Below are positions 40,519 through 50,291 of a stretch of 64,000 bases of DNA, in pieces. The position numbers and the translations under genes are program-made. Numbering within the stretch: the stretch's first letter is position 1; each line of letters opens with the position of its first letter. The stretch spans positions 92,298-156,297 of the forward strand of contig JBDLRP010000026.1 in NCBI GenBank assembly GCA_039799905.1, in the 5' to 3' direction. A model generated the notes under the pieces. That model was not told the origin of the DNA. It saw nothing but the letters and a program-made list of their open reading frames with translations, and searched no databases. The stretch comes from Pseudomonadota bacterium. GTDB lineage: Bacteria; Bdellovibrionota_B; Oligoflexia; Silvanigrellales; Silvanigrellaceae.

Positions 40519-42189
40519 TCAACGAGTCAAGGGCTTGTATTTGATACGCTTGGGGTTGACCGCATCGTCGCCCAAACGACGACGTTTGTCCTCGATATAG
40601 TCCTGATAATTGCCCTCAAACCAGACCACACGGCTGTCTCCTTCGAAGGCCATGATGTGGGTGGCAATACGGTCGAGGAACCAGCGATCATGGGAGATGA
40701 CCACCGCGCAACCTGGGAAGTTCACGAGTCCGTCTTCCAGCGCACGCAGTGTGTCGACGTCGAGGTCGTTGGTGGGCTCGTCAAGCAGCAAGAGGTTGCC
40801 ACCGTTCATAATGAGCTTCGCAAGGTTCAGACGGTTGCGTTCACCGCCCGACAGACTGCCGACCTGCTTTTGCTGATCGGAGCCGCGGAAACCGAAGCTC
40901 GCGATATACGAGCGGGCCGCAAGTTCACGGTTGCCGACCTGAATGAGGTCGCGACCGCCGGAGAGTTCATCAAAAACAGATTTGTTGCCGGTCAGGCTTT
41001 CACGGTTCTGGTCCACGTAGGAAACCTTGACTGTGTCGCCCAGACGCAGCGCGCCGGAGTCTGGCTTTTCGAGGCCGACAATCATTTTGAAGAGGGTCGA
41101 CTTACCCGCACCGTTGGCACCAATCACTCCGACGATTCCACCGGGAGGCAGACGGAAATTCAAGTTGTCGAAAAGCAGCCGGTCGCCAAATGCTTTGCTG
41201 AGGTTTTCGGCTTCCACAACAACATCTCCCAAGCGCGGCGCAGGCGGGAAGGGAATTTCTTTGATGGTCTCGTATTGTTCATTCGATTCGTTGAGCATTT
41301 GCTGATAGGCGGACACGCGCCACTTTGCCTTGGCCTGACGGGCCTTCGGGCTCATCTGCACCCACTCGAGCTCTCGCTTGAGGGTCTTTTGCCGCACCGA
41401 CTCCTGTTTCTCTTCTTCAGAGAGGCGCTTGATTTTCTGCTCCAACCAAGCGCTGTAGTTGGTGTGCCAAGGAATACCCTCACCGCGGTCGAGCTCGAGA
41501 ACCCATTCCGTCACGTTGTCCAAGAAGTAGCGATCGTGAGTCACACACACCACGGTGCCCACGAATTCCTTGAGATGCCGCTCAAGCCACTGCACAGACT
41601 CAGCATCAAGGTGGTTGGTCGGCTCGTCGAGAAGCAGCATGTCTGGCTTCGACAAAAGCAGGCGGCAAAGAGCCACGCGGCGGCGTTCACCGCCCGAGAG
41701 TGTTTTAACTTCAGCATCCGCGGGCGGACAGCGCAGAGCATCCATTGCAATTTCGATGGTACGGTCGAGCTCCCATGCATTGCAGGCATCGAGCTGATCC
41801 TGCACACGCGCGGCCTCATTGATGACCTTCTGCATTTCGGCGTCGTCCAATGGCTCACACATTTTCATGTTGAGGTCTTCGAACTTTTGCAAAAGCGCCT
41901 TGGTTTCAGCGAACGCCTCTTCGATATTCTCCTGGACGTTCTTTTCAGTATTCAATTCGGGCTCTTGAGGGAGGTAGCCGATGCGGATGCCCTTGGCCGG
42001 GAAGGCCTCGCCGGAGAAGTTGGTGTCAACACCAGCCATGATGCGCAGAAGTGTAGATTTACCGGCGCCGTTATTACCGATAACCCCGATTTTGGCCCCT
42101 GGCAGAAACGAAAGGTACATGCCCTTGATGATTTCTTTGCCATTGATGACCTTCCGCAGGTTCACCATATTGAAGATGTAATTTGCCAT
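40519..42189 (-). CDS. ettA: Energy-dependent translational throttle protein (ABC-F)
   Basis: Two ABC cassettes; LSFLPGAKIGV, RELEWV..SPKARQAK, C-terminal RIKYKPLTR. Confidence 0.95.
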   Translation of the reverse strand: MANYIFNMVNLRKVINGKEIIKGMYLSFLPGAKIGVIGNNGAGKSTLLRIMAGVDTNFSGEAFPAKGIRIGYLPQEPELNTEKNVQENIEEAFAETKALLQKFEDLNMKMCEPLDDAEMQKVINEAARVQDQLDACNAWELDRTIEIAMDALRCPPADAEVKTLSGGERRRVALCRLLLSKPDMLLLDEPTNHLDAESVQWLERHLKEFVGTVVCVTHDRYFLDNVTEWVLELDRGEGIPWHTNYSAWLEQKIKRLSEEEKQESVRQKTLKRELEWVQMSPKARQAKAKWRVSAYQQMLNESNEQYETIKEIPFPPAPRLGDVVVEAENLSKAFGDRLLFDNLNFRLPPGGIVGVIGANGAGKSTLFKMIVGLEKPDSGALRLGDTVKVSYVDQNRESLTGNKSVFDELSGGRDLIQVGNRELAARSYIASFGFRGSDQQKQVGSLSGGERNRLNLAKLIMNGGNLLLLDEPTNDLDVDTLRALEDGLVNFPGCAVVISHDRWFLDRIATHIMAFEGDSRVVWFEGNYQDYIEDKRRRLGDDAVNPKRIKYKPLTR

Positions 42190-42262
42190 TCGGGCGCTCC
42201 TGAGCTAATTTGAAGCAATATTAAGCAAACCCCTACCCACTCGGGAATGAGGTCCGTCGTTT

Positions 42263-42787
42263 ATGCTGAAGTTCGTTGGTTCGATCAAGCTCAAGTGCCT
42301 CACAATTTCACTTCTGACCACCGTTCTTTTTGATTTTGAGGCGCGTGCCACAGACCCCGAAGGCGATTACAACTTTATCGCCAGCGCAAGGCTCAAATCG
42401 CCTGACAGAAACTTTGAGACCTCCACACGCGAGATGCTCGTTCAATTGGACGGAAGCCAGTCGGTCACACTCAGAGGAAAAACGCTGAGCGTGACCTTGG
42501 AGTCGGAACCGAGTGGTTTTGCAAAAGCTCAAATGATCCGTGTCAGCGCAAATGGAAGCACCGGAGCATCGGGCAATTCCGCCGCATTTTCAGCCGGCAT
42601 GTTCAAAGTCTCGGACAATGGGGAACACAATTTTCTTTTTGTTGAAAAAAGCCGCGGATGGCTGTTGGAAATAAAATTGCGCCCCGTTGATGAGCGCAAG
42701 GGCCACCCGAGCAAATCCTCTCCGTCCGGCAACCGCCCGCCAAACCGCGAGTGGCAGCGCAAGAAGACAAAACGCCTTCCCGCCTGA
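42263..42787 (+). CDS. Hypothetical secreted protein
   Basis: Signal-like N-terminus ending ARA; fills the gap between ettA and the DUF4105 gene. Confidence 0.55.
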   Translation: MLKFVGSIKLKCLTISLLTTVLFDFEARATDPEGDYNFIASARLKSPDRNFETSTREMLVQLDGSQSVTLRGKTLSVTLESEPSGFAKAQMIRVSANGSTGASGNSAAFSAGMFKVSDNGEHNFLFVEKSRGWLLEIKLRPVDERKGHPSKSSPSGNRPPNREWQRKKTKRLPA

Positions 42788-42822
42788 TAAGGTATCGCAA
42801 ACCTTATCCGTTGGGACAAAAG

Positions 42823-44778
42823 ATGTGGATTTTTAATCTCGCACGGTTTTTGGGCGTGATTTTCAGTGTTTTTCTTTGCAAACCCAGCCAAGCACAAGTC
42901 CGAAGGCTGAGTCAGGTCAGCACCCGTGAAATTCAGGCCGCCGCCTACACTCAGCAGTGGAAAAAAATTCTTTTTTACGCACCGACATGGGGCCGCGGCG
43001 AAGTCAGTCTCGTTGATGACGAGCGTTTTTTTCTTCACGAAGATGGAAAAACAAATCCGGAACAGGAACTTGAACAAACCCTGATGGCGTTCTCGGAGGG
43101 CACTCCGGCCGACCGCCAAGAAGCGCTCTGCAAGTATCCAGCCCGCAGGATTTATCTGCAAAGAACCCTTAAGATTGTTTTCTCGGATCCCGAGTTCAAC
43201 AGCCAGTCAGATGTCTGCAAACGCTACCGAACATTCGCGGCCAAAGTAAAATCCGACAGCGTTTCGCTGATTTTTTCTTCGTTTTTTCCAAACAATCCGG
43301 CTTCACTTCTGGGTCATACGCTGCTCAAGTTCAGACGCAAAGCAGAAGAGGATTTTAGTGGTAACGTGCTGCTCGATTACGGACTCAACCACGCTGCAAT
43401 TCCGACGACCGACAATCCGCTTCTTTATCCGTTTATGGGCATGAGCGGAATGTTTGCAGGCATGCTCAGCATGTCGCCGTATTATGTAAAAGTTCAGGAA
43501 TACAACAACGCCGAAAGCCGTGACCTGTGGGAGTACGAACTCAACCTCAATGGCGATGAAATTGAGCTGATGTTGGCTTCGGTTTTTGAGCTTTCAACAC
43601 ATCGCATCGATTATTATTATTTCGACGACAATTGTTCCTACTTGATGCTGGCGCTGATTGATGTTGGCCGGCCTTCACTCAACCTGACGCGCAAATTCCG
43701 CGCATGGGTCGCACCAAGCGACAGCGTCCGCGTTGTTGCCAACTCGCCGTCACTCGTTAAGAGCGTTCAGTACAGACCCTCAAATGTCAGCAAATATCTG
43801 CATCTCGAAAAATCACTCAACGAGAATGAGAAAAATTCGCTTCGTTCCCTGCTCTTTCCGATTGCCAAATCACACGAGAATGCACAGGGAAATCCCAGTC
43901 TGAAAATTGATCTCAAAGCGCTCGAAAAGCTCGATGAAAACGAGCAGACAAGGGTGCTCGACACTGCATTGGAATACATTGGCGCCAGCGAAAAACTCTC
44001 GGCCGGCAAAAAGCCACTGCGCTGGGCAGCTGAGCAAGAAATTTTACTCAAAACTCGCGCCGAACTCGGAACAACCAGTGCATCGATTGAAGTTCCAACT
44101 CCAGATGACAACGCTCCCCACCTTGCGTACCCACCGACACGGTTGAACTTAGGACTCTTGAATGTCAGCAAGCCTGATCGCTTATTAAAGCCAGCATTCG
44201 TTGTTGGATGGCGGCCGGCACTGCAAACCCTCGAAAGTCCGATTGCCGGCATGGGCGCAGACCTCGGCATTGGTCTTTTCAATGTTGAATTTCTTATTTC
44301 AGGTCGAAACATCAGCCTGAGAGAATTCACTCCTGTCAGCGTTGAATCCATCCAACTCGCCAAACCAAACCTGAGCTCGCTCTCGTGGGCCTTTGAATTG
44401 GGCCACAAACAACGCTGCTTTGAAGGGTGCCGGCAAACTTACGTCAGTGTGGAAGCCGGATTCGCATTTGCCACGGACGATCCAAACGCCCGTCTCGTTG
44501 CCCGCGGCGGCTTGCGCATCGGCGATGATCAGGGCGGTGCGCTTTTTATTGAACCCGCGGCGCATGGAATTGCAAATCTTCCGCTTGACGCGACTAGCCG
44601 CTGGGTCAGTCGATTGTCGTTCAGCAGGCTCATCAGCCTGTGGCAAACTCCCCGCTGGATAGTGGAGGCCGCGAGCAGTTACGTTGTGCGTCCGCTGGCT
44701 CCATGGGAAATTCACGGAACAGTGCAGCTGCACAATTTAGAAATGCAGCTGCTGGCGCGGACGTTTTATTATTTTTGA
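42823..44778 (+). CDS. DUF4105 / Lnb-like protein with C-terminal beta-barrel-like region
   Basis: C.YPAR, LGHTLLK, YNNAESRDLWEY, YYYFDDNCS (His/Cys pair); ends in aromatic FYYF; start uncertain. Confidence 0.8.
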   Translation: MWIFNLARFLGVIFSVFLCKPSQAQVRRLSQVSTREIQAAAYTQQWKKILFYAPTWGRGEVSLVDDERFFLHEDGKTNPEQELEQTLMAFSEGTPADRQEALCKYPARRIYLQRTLKIVFSDPEFNSQSDVCKRYRTFAAKVKSDSVSLIFSSFFPNNPASLLGHTLLKFRRKAEEDFSGNVLLDYGLNHAAIPTTDNPLLYPFMGMSGMFAGMLSMSPYYVKVQEYNNAESRDLWEYELNLNGDEIELMLASVFELSTHRIDYYYFDDNCSYLMLALIDVGRPSLNLTRKFRAWVAPSDSVRVVANSPSLVKSVQYRPSNVSKYLHLEKSLNENEKNSLRSLLFPIAKSHENAQGNPSLKIDLKALEKLDENEQTRVLDTALEYIGASEKLSAGKKPLRWAAEQEILLKTRAELGTTSASIEVPTPDDNAPHLAYPPTRLNLGLLNVSKPDRLLKPAFVVGWRPALQTLESPIAGMGADLGIGLFNVEFLISGRNISLREFTPVSVESIQLAKPNLSSLSWAFELGHKQRCFEGCRQTYVSVEAGFAFATDDPNARLVARGGLRIGDDQGGALFIEPAAHGIANLPLDATSRWVSRLSFSRLISLWQTPRWIVEAASSYVVRPLAPWEIHGTVQLHNLEMQLLARTFYYF

Positions 44779-44788
44779 GAGTGAACGA

Positions 44789-45874
44789 ATGCACAATACT
44801 TTATCCCATCGATGGACTGCTTTCGTCAGTTTACTCTTCGTTCTTTTAACCGAGTGCTTCACAACGTCAGTTTCATTTGCGGGCGAAAAAATCGGATCGC
44901 GCATTTGTCTGCTGAGCGATCTGAATGGCCCTTACGGCAGCATTGCGTTGCCGAGCGGAGTGCATTCCGGTGTGGCCAGACTCGCGCAGATGAACTGCGA
45001 TTTGGCGCTTGCCGCCGGTGATCTGGTGGCTGGACAAGACACATCACTGAGCAACGAGCGTCTGCAAAGCATGTGGAACGAATGGGAGCGTGTTGTTGCA
45101 GATCCTTTCCTGTCGCGCGGTGTACCGATTCTGTCTGCACTGGGCAACCACGATGCCTCGGCCGAGCGCAGCTCAAGCGGCGGTTTCGTGTTTGCACGCG
45201 AGCGCATGGCTGCTGCGTCAGCGTGGAATGCAATTCTGGGCAAATCGGCCTATTCATCTGTCGAGTGGTTGAGCCGTGAACAATTTCCATTTTTTTATGC
45301 GTTCAAGTTCAAGTCCGCGGGGGTGATAGTCTTTGACGGGAGCTCGGCGGGTGAGGTTTCACGCAACCGTGTGTGGCTCGAAAGGCAACTCGATATTCTA
45401 GCAAGCGATGCCGCAGTGAAAACACGCATCGTGATTGGCCACCTGCCGTTGTTTGCAGTTGCCAAGGGGCGCGAGACAGTCGGCAATATTCTCTTCGACT
45501 CTGTGGAACTCTACCAACTGTTCAACCGTTACCGCGTCGACTTTTACGTCAGCGGTCACCACCACGCATTTTATCCGGCGCGGCCCGCACTCCAGTATAA
45601 CGATTATGGAACCGTTCTACTTTCACTGGGTGCCATGGGCGACGGTCCTCGTAAACTCTTGAACCCTTCGGCACCACCCGCCAGACACTCAATGTCCGTG
45701 CTCGACATCTCCCAGTCCATTCTCGACCCAGACTTTTTCGCACCACAGAATTTTAATCTGCAAACGCTCTCGCCATTCGACGGCCTGCTGCAGCCATCGA
45801 CGCTTCTCCCCGAGAGGCTGGAGAGTTTCGACGGGCGCGGGCGTCCGGTGGATTTGCGCCGCATTGACCTTTGA
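44789..45874 (+). CDS. Secreted calcineurin-like metallophosphoesterase
   Basis: SDLN, GDLV, GNHD, GHLP, SGHHH. Confidence 0.85.
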   Translation: MHNTLSHRWTAFVSLLFVLLTECFTTSVSFAGEKIGSRICLLSDLNGPYGSIALPSGVHSGVARLAQMNCDLALAAGDLVAGQDTSLSNERLQSMWNEWERVVADPFLSRGVPILSALGNHDASAERSSSGGFVFARERMAAASAWNAILGKSAYSSVEWLSREQFPFFYAFKFKSAGVIVFDGSSAGEVSRNRVWLERQLDILASDAAVKTRIVIGHLPLFAVAKGRETVGNILFDSVELYQLFNRYRVDFYVSGHHHAFYPARPALQYNDYGTVLLSLGAMGDGPRKLLNPSAPPARHSMSVLDISQSILDPDFFAPQNFNLQTLSPFDGLLQPSTLLPERLESFDGRGRPVDLRRIDL

Positions 45875-45988
45875 CGTGACACACTAGCAACCGACTCAAG
45901 ATCTTAAAATAACTGGATTTAAAATTTATATTTCATATTTAGCAGAGTCGCCCGAAGGTACATGTGGGTAAAGTGCGGGAGGAATTCC

Positions 45989-46996
45989 ATGAAGACAATG
46001 TCGGCGCTAGCAGTTCTGGGTTTGGTTGCCTGCGGCCAATCGAACGAAAACACGACGCAACTCGCAACAGAGGCGCTAAATAGCGATAACAAGCCTCTGC
46101 AAAACGAAGGCGAAGAACAGCTGGGAATCGTCACAAAATCTGCATCAATGTCTGGTGCCTTCAAAGCTGTGCTCAATTCGGCGACAAACTTGGCTCCGGC
46201 GGGCGCGTTGCAAGCGTTCGGAGCGGTATCAACGTTTACGGACGCAGTTACCAAGAATAAGTGTTCCGGCGCTTTCGCCTACGAACCGGACCCAAAGAGC
46301 CCCAAGACTCACGTAAACCTGTATTACTATACCGCCACGCATTGTTTTGAAACCGTTAACCCTCTCGGGGTAACCACATCTCCGGTCGAAAAGAGTGTGC
46401 TCAGGCAATCCAACTTAGGCTCGGGTGCCAGTTTCACTCTGCCATTTGGCGCTGCGAACAAGGTTGCCAAATTGGTTAAAATGACTGCTCCTGAAATTCA
46501 GTACGAGAACAATGTACGCACCGATGTGATTCGGTTTTTCCAAGCTCGTATGCCCTTGATTCTGGCAGTACCATTGGCTCTTCCGACGTGCCCCAGTGCA
46601 ATTAGTATTCCAAAAGGAACCGACTTGATTGCCGGTGTGATGGCTGTTGACAGCACGGGAATTGTGCAGGCGAACAGCAAAGAGCGTGCGAAATTGAATT
46701 CAGGAAATGTTCTTGACGCCGAGACGCTGAGTCTGCCGAATTCCGGCATTGGCAGACTGTTTCTGTTGGATCAAGTGGGAACAATCCCGGGAGAATCAGG
46801 TTCTCCCGTATGGCTGATAGATGGCGACAGGGAAATCACGACGACCAAATCGTATCTTTGTCTTCAGGGTGTTGTGAGCCGCGAGCTGATTACCCCAGAA
46901 TGGCAGCCATCAGGCAGTATTGAATTGAAGTTGAAATCCTATTTTTCGCCAATCTTGCCAGCGAGCTCAACGGTGAACTGGCGCAAAGTACTCTAA
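45989..46996 (+). CDS. Trypsin-like (S1) serine protease lipoprotein
   Basis: Lipobox LVAC; CSG..TATHC (His), RTDV (Asp), PGESGSP (Ser); GGAGG RBS. Confidence 0.7.
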   Translation: MKTMSALAVLGLVACGQSNENTTQLATEALNSDNKPLQNEGEEQLGIVTKSASMSGAFKAVLNSATNLAPAGALQAFGAVSTFTDAVTKNKCSGAFAYEPDPKSPKTHVNLYYYTATHCFETVNPLGVTTSPVEKSVLRQSNLGSGASFTLPFGAANKVAKLVKMTAPEIQYENNVRTDVIRFFQARMPLILAVPLALPTCPSAISIPKGTDLIAGVMAVDSTGIVQANSKERAKLNSGNVLDAETLSLPNSGIGRLFLLDQVGTIPGESGSPVWLIDGDREITTTKSYLCLQGVVSRELITPEWQPSGSIELKLKSYFSPILPASSTVNWRKVL

Positions 46997-47022
46997 GCGT
47001 AAAGGCACGAGGAGTTGGAAGT

Positions 47023-47628
47023 ATGAAAAAGCACATGAATCCAGTCATAGCCAGTCTTGGACTTGTCTTGTCCCTCGCGCCACTGTTTCCGAACATTGCC
47101 GAAGGAGGTTCAAACAGCGGGTCAAGTGCAAGTTCGATGACCGGAATGAGTTGTGACAACCGCAAGACAATTGACTCATCGTTTGCCTCTTGGTGTACCA
47201 CTCCAACGGCGGAAATCATCAAAAACAAGTGCGTCGTTGTGATACATGCACAGCAAATTCAAAACTGCGGCTGGCAGGGTTGCGGGTTCGTAAGTTTTGT
47301 CAACGAGCGTCCTAGGCTCGCGGGAGGTTCGGTCAACGAATATGGAATAGCAACTCCGGCTGGATTTACCGGCGCCCCCCCAGCAAGTTGGGAGGCTAAT
47401 GCCGCTTTGGTCATGCCAAAATCACCATTTCCGCGGCACTACCTGACAGTTTCACAATTCATTGCTGAAAGAGCGAAATGTGCGGCTCTCACGCCTCAAG
47501 CGCGTTCCAGTGAAATTGCCTCGGGCACTATCCTGGGAAAGATCTGCAGCGTGAGCCCGGACACCTTGAACTTCAATCCCTACTACTACTGCATGGTGAA
47601 CCGGCAGGTTATCCCAACGATGCCGTAA
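47023..47628 (+). CDS. Secreted Cys-rich hypothetical protein
   Basis: GAGGAG RBS; signal peptide; 8 Cys. Confidence 0.65.
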   Translation: MKKHMNPVIASLGLVLSLAPLFPNIAEGGSNSGSSASSMTGMSCDNRKTIDSSFASWCTTPTAEIIKNKCVVVIHAQQIQNCGWQGCGFVSFVNERPRLAGGSVNEYGIATPAGFTGAPPASWEANAALVMPKSPFPRHYLTVSQFIAERAKCAALTPQARSSEIASGTILGKICSVSPDTLNFNPYYYCMVNRQVIPTMP

Positions 47629-47675
47629 TAGTGGGTAAATTGCTCCTAGCAATGAAATGACACAACATAGCAAAG

Positions 47676-47702
47676 TAAAACTCCGCGAAGTGAGGCCGAT
47701 GA
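47676..47702 (+). promoter_or_regulatory. Sigma-28-type promoter overlapping an inverted repeat
   Basis: TAAA-N15-GCCGATGA, 18 nt before the 47721 ATG; arms aaaactccgcga / tcgcggagagtttt. Confidence 0.7.
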
Positions 47703-47720
47703 TCCTCGCGGAGAGTTTTT

Positions 47721-50240
47721 ATGTTTCTGGACTTCAAACAGTCAAAAAATTTCATCGGTATCGCTCTGCCAAGTGTGGTGGCGGCGCTGTTGATGACTGT
47801 TGTCTTCCTCCTCGCACAAGCTCAGGATCCTGTAAATCCTCTCAAAATCGAATATGCTTTCGTTGAGAAGAAAATCGAAAATCCTCAGCTGCTACCAGAA
47901 ACTCTACAATGGCAGCCATTCAATCCTCAAAAAAATCGTCTCGCACCCCGCAAGGGAGAGTCTCTGTGGCTCAAGATCAACAACCTTTCGGCCGGCAGCG
48001 AAGCTTACACTCTCAGATTTGAAAAAGTTTTTATGCGCTTCAAATTATTTAGTGGAGCAGGAAACGTCATCCATGCATTCGGGGGAGACTCGGGATACGC
48101 AGGATTTCCGCCACATTTACTGACACTGAATCCGCTGCAAGACGGCCAAGTCTACTTCATGCGCATTGAGTCGGAGCATCAAAGGATTGGCCCCATTGGA
48201 AGGATCGAACTCGGCCAGCGTTCACAGTTCATCATGCGCATGCTCAAAGATGACTTGGTTCCGTTTTTTGTATCCAGCATACTGGCGCTGCTGAGCGTCG
48301 CTGGCCTACTGCTTTTTGCATTTTACAGGAGCGTTCGCACCTACCTCCACCTCGCAATGTTCTCAGCATGTGTCTTTTTCTATTTGATCGCGGGATTGCG
48401 CCTGCGGCATGAGCTTGGGCTTGATCCGGCACTGCTCGGCAATCTCAGCCTTTTGGGATTATTTTGCTCGCCTATTTTCTTTATCAAATTTTACGTCAAT
48501 ATTTTTTCAATCGCCGACAACTCGTGGGTCAAGAACACAATCTTAGTGAATGCTCTCTTCGTTGCGGTCGCGTTGACCGCAATGCCCTTCAGCAACTTGG
48601 GACTGTTACCATTTCTGACTTATTTTTATGCGCTCTCTCTGCCTATTTTCTCTGCCGTATTTGTTCATTCGATTGTGAAATTGCGCAGGCACCCATATGC
48701 AACGACTTTTTATCTTGGCTTCGCATTTTTGTTTTTGGGCGGACTTTGGGAAATGGCAAATGAGATACGCCTGTTCAACTCCAATTTCCGCATGCTGCAC
48801 GTCGGAATCCTGCTGTTTTTTATTTGCATGACTGCCATGCAAGGACAATTTTTCAGCGAACTTTTTCTTACTTCGCGGAGAAATGAACGAGCTGAAATTG
48901 CGGCACGCAACAGACTGCAAAGAGTCTTCGACTGTACATCCGCCCTTGCGCAGGCGCACAATTACCGGGATGCACTGGCTGCAGTGGCTGTAGCCATCAG
49001 CAACCAGCTCAGTCTTTCTGGGCATAAGTTCACCATCGACTTCATGCTTAATAAAAGCGCCTTCACAAATGCCGAAGGCGCAGGAAATGAATTTCTCCAT
49101 TTTACATTTATAAACTCTGGCGAACAAAACCCTGGAAAAATCTACGAAGTGTTGGCCCCTGACAATGGCAAACCACGGAACTCACTGTTGCCGGTTGTTG
49201 CCAGCGAACCAATCACCTCGATTCCCTCGATTGATGAGGCACAGGACCTGTTGGCAGACACGCGCTCATTGTCACCGGAATCGGTACTGACCGTACCGCT
49301 CGAGAGCGATTCACTTGACGGCGCCATTATTCTGCGTCGCTTCGATGCCCATTCTTTTGCGAGGGACGACCACAACCAGCTTTTTGGATTTATCAACGCA
49401 GTCGCAACCAGCCTCCTCATCGCACTTAAAAATATCGAGTACTTGAAGGAAGTCAGACGAAAAGCGCACATTGAAGCTCAACTCGACGCTGCAGAATCCC
49501 TGCAAAATGCATTATTGCCGCCGACGCTGAACCTCAAAGATGTAAAATTGTCTTCCCACGCCCGCAGTGCAGGAAAAACAGGCGGCGACTGGTTTGGATA
49601 CTACTACAGTGAAAAGAGACAACGTCTCTTTGTAACTATCGGCGACGTGACTGGTCACGACTTTGCTGCGTCTATTCTGACTGGTGTTGCAGCAGGAATC
49701 ATCAAAAGCTGGGAGTCATACAACTCCGACAGCTATGAATCGGCTTCGGAAGCGATCGAACAGTTGGCACAGCACGTCAACCGGGTGATGCTCGACGCCA
49801 GTCAGGGCCTAAAATTCATGTCGATGCTGTTTGTCTGTCTTGAGCTTGAAAACGGACTTTGTCATGTGGTGAATGCGGGGCACCCACACCCAATGCACAT
49901 CATTCCAGAGCAGCGACCAGAATCCATTGTCGTCTCGGGCTCACTGCTCGGAGTTGAAGGGGAAACAACTTATTCCTCGGAGTCAATTCAACTCAGTGCA
50001 AAAGACTCGATCGTTCTCTACACGGACGGTTTGCTCGAGAATACTGGACCGAACGGCGAATGCATTTCACGGCGTTCGATTTTACAGTTTTGCAAAAATC
50101 ACGATTTCAACGCACATAACCTTGCTTCATTTGTCGACCTTACCCGTGAAGTCTGGGGCTCTCACCCGCCGGATGACGACGTCTCGATCGTAGTCATCAC
50201 ATGGAAGCCAGAGGAGCAGACAGCAATCAGTGCGGCATAG
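47721..50240 (+). CDS. 7TM-DISM-type membrane sensor with C-terminal SpoIIE/PP2C phosphatase
   Basis: Periplasmic domain, about 7 TM helices, LQNALLP, GGDW, GDVTGH, NAGHP, LYTDG, DDVS. Confidence 0.88.
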   Translation: MFLDFKQSKNFIGIALPSVVAALLMTVVFLLAQAQDPVNPLKIEYAFVEKKIENPQLLPETLQWQPFNPQKNRLAPRKGESLWLKINNLSAGSEAYTLRFEKVFMRFKLFSGAGNVIHAFGGDSGYAGFPPHLLTLNPLQDGQVYFMRIESEHQRIGPIGRIELGQRSQFIMRMLKDDLVPFFVSSILALLSVAGLLLFAFYRSVRTYLHLAMFSACVFFYLIAGLRLRHELGLDPALLGNLSLLGLFCSPIFFIKFYVNIFSIADNSWVKNTILVNALFVAVALTAMPFSNLGLLPFLTYFYALSLPIFSAVFVHSIVKLRRHPYATTFYLGFAFLFLGGLWEMANEIRLFNSNFRMLHVGILLFFICMTAMQGQFFSELFLTSRRNERAEIAARNRLQRVFDCTSALAQAHNYRDALAAVAVAISNQLSLSGHKFTIDFMLNKSAFTNAEGAGNEFLHFTFINSGEQNPGKIYEVLAPDNGKPRNSLLPVVASEPITSIPSIDEAQDLLADTRSLSPESVLTVPLESDSLDGAIILRRFDAHSFARDDHNQLFGFINAVATSLLIALKNIEYLKEVRRKAHIEAQLDAAESLQNALLPPTLNLKDVKLSSHARSAGKTGGDWFGYYYSEKRQRLFVTIGDVTGHDFAASILTGVAAGIIKSWESYNSDSYESASEAIEQLAQHVNRVMLDASQGLKFMSMLFVCLELENGLCHVVNAGHPHPMHIIPEQRPESIVVSGSLLGVEGETTYSSESIQLSAKDSIVLYTDGLLENTGPNGECISRRSILQFCKNHDFNAHNLASFVDLTREVWGSHPPDDDVSIVVITWKPEEQTAISAA

Positions 50241-50291
50241 AATGACTTACTTAGTTTCCATTTCATTTTATTTTGATAGGAGAACGTCGGC

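Noticed and set aside
40657..42213. 518-aa antisense ORF
   Set aside because: Shadow of the highly conserved ettA; no independent motifs
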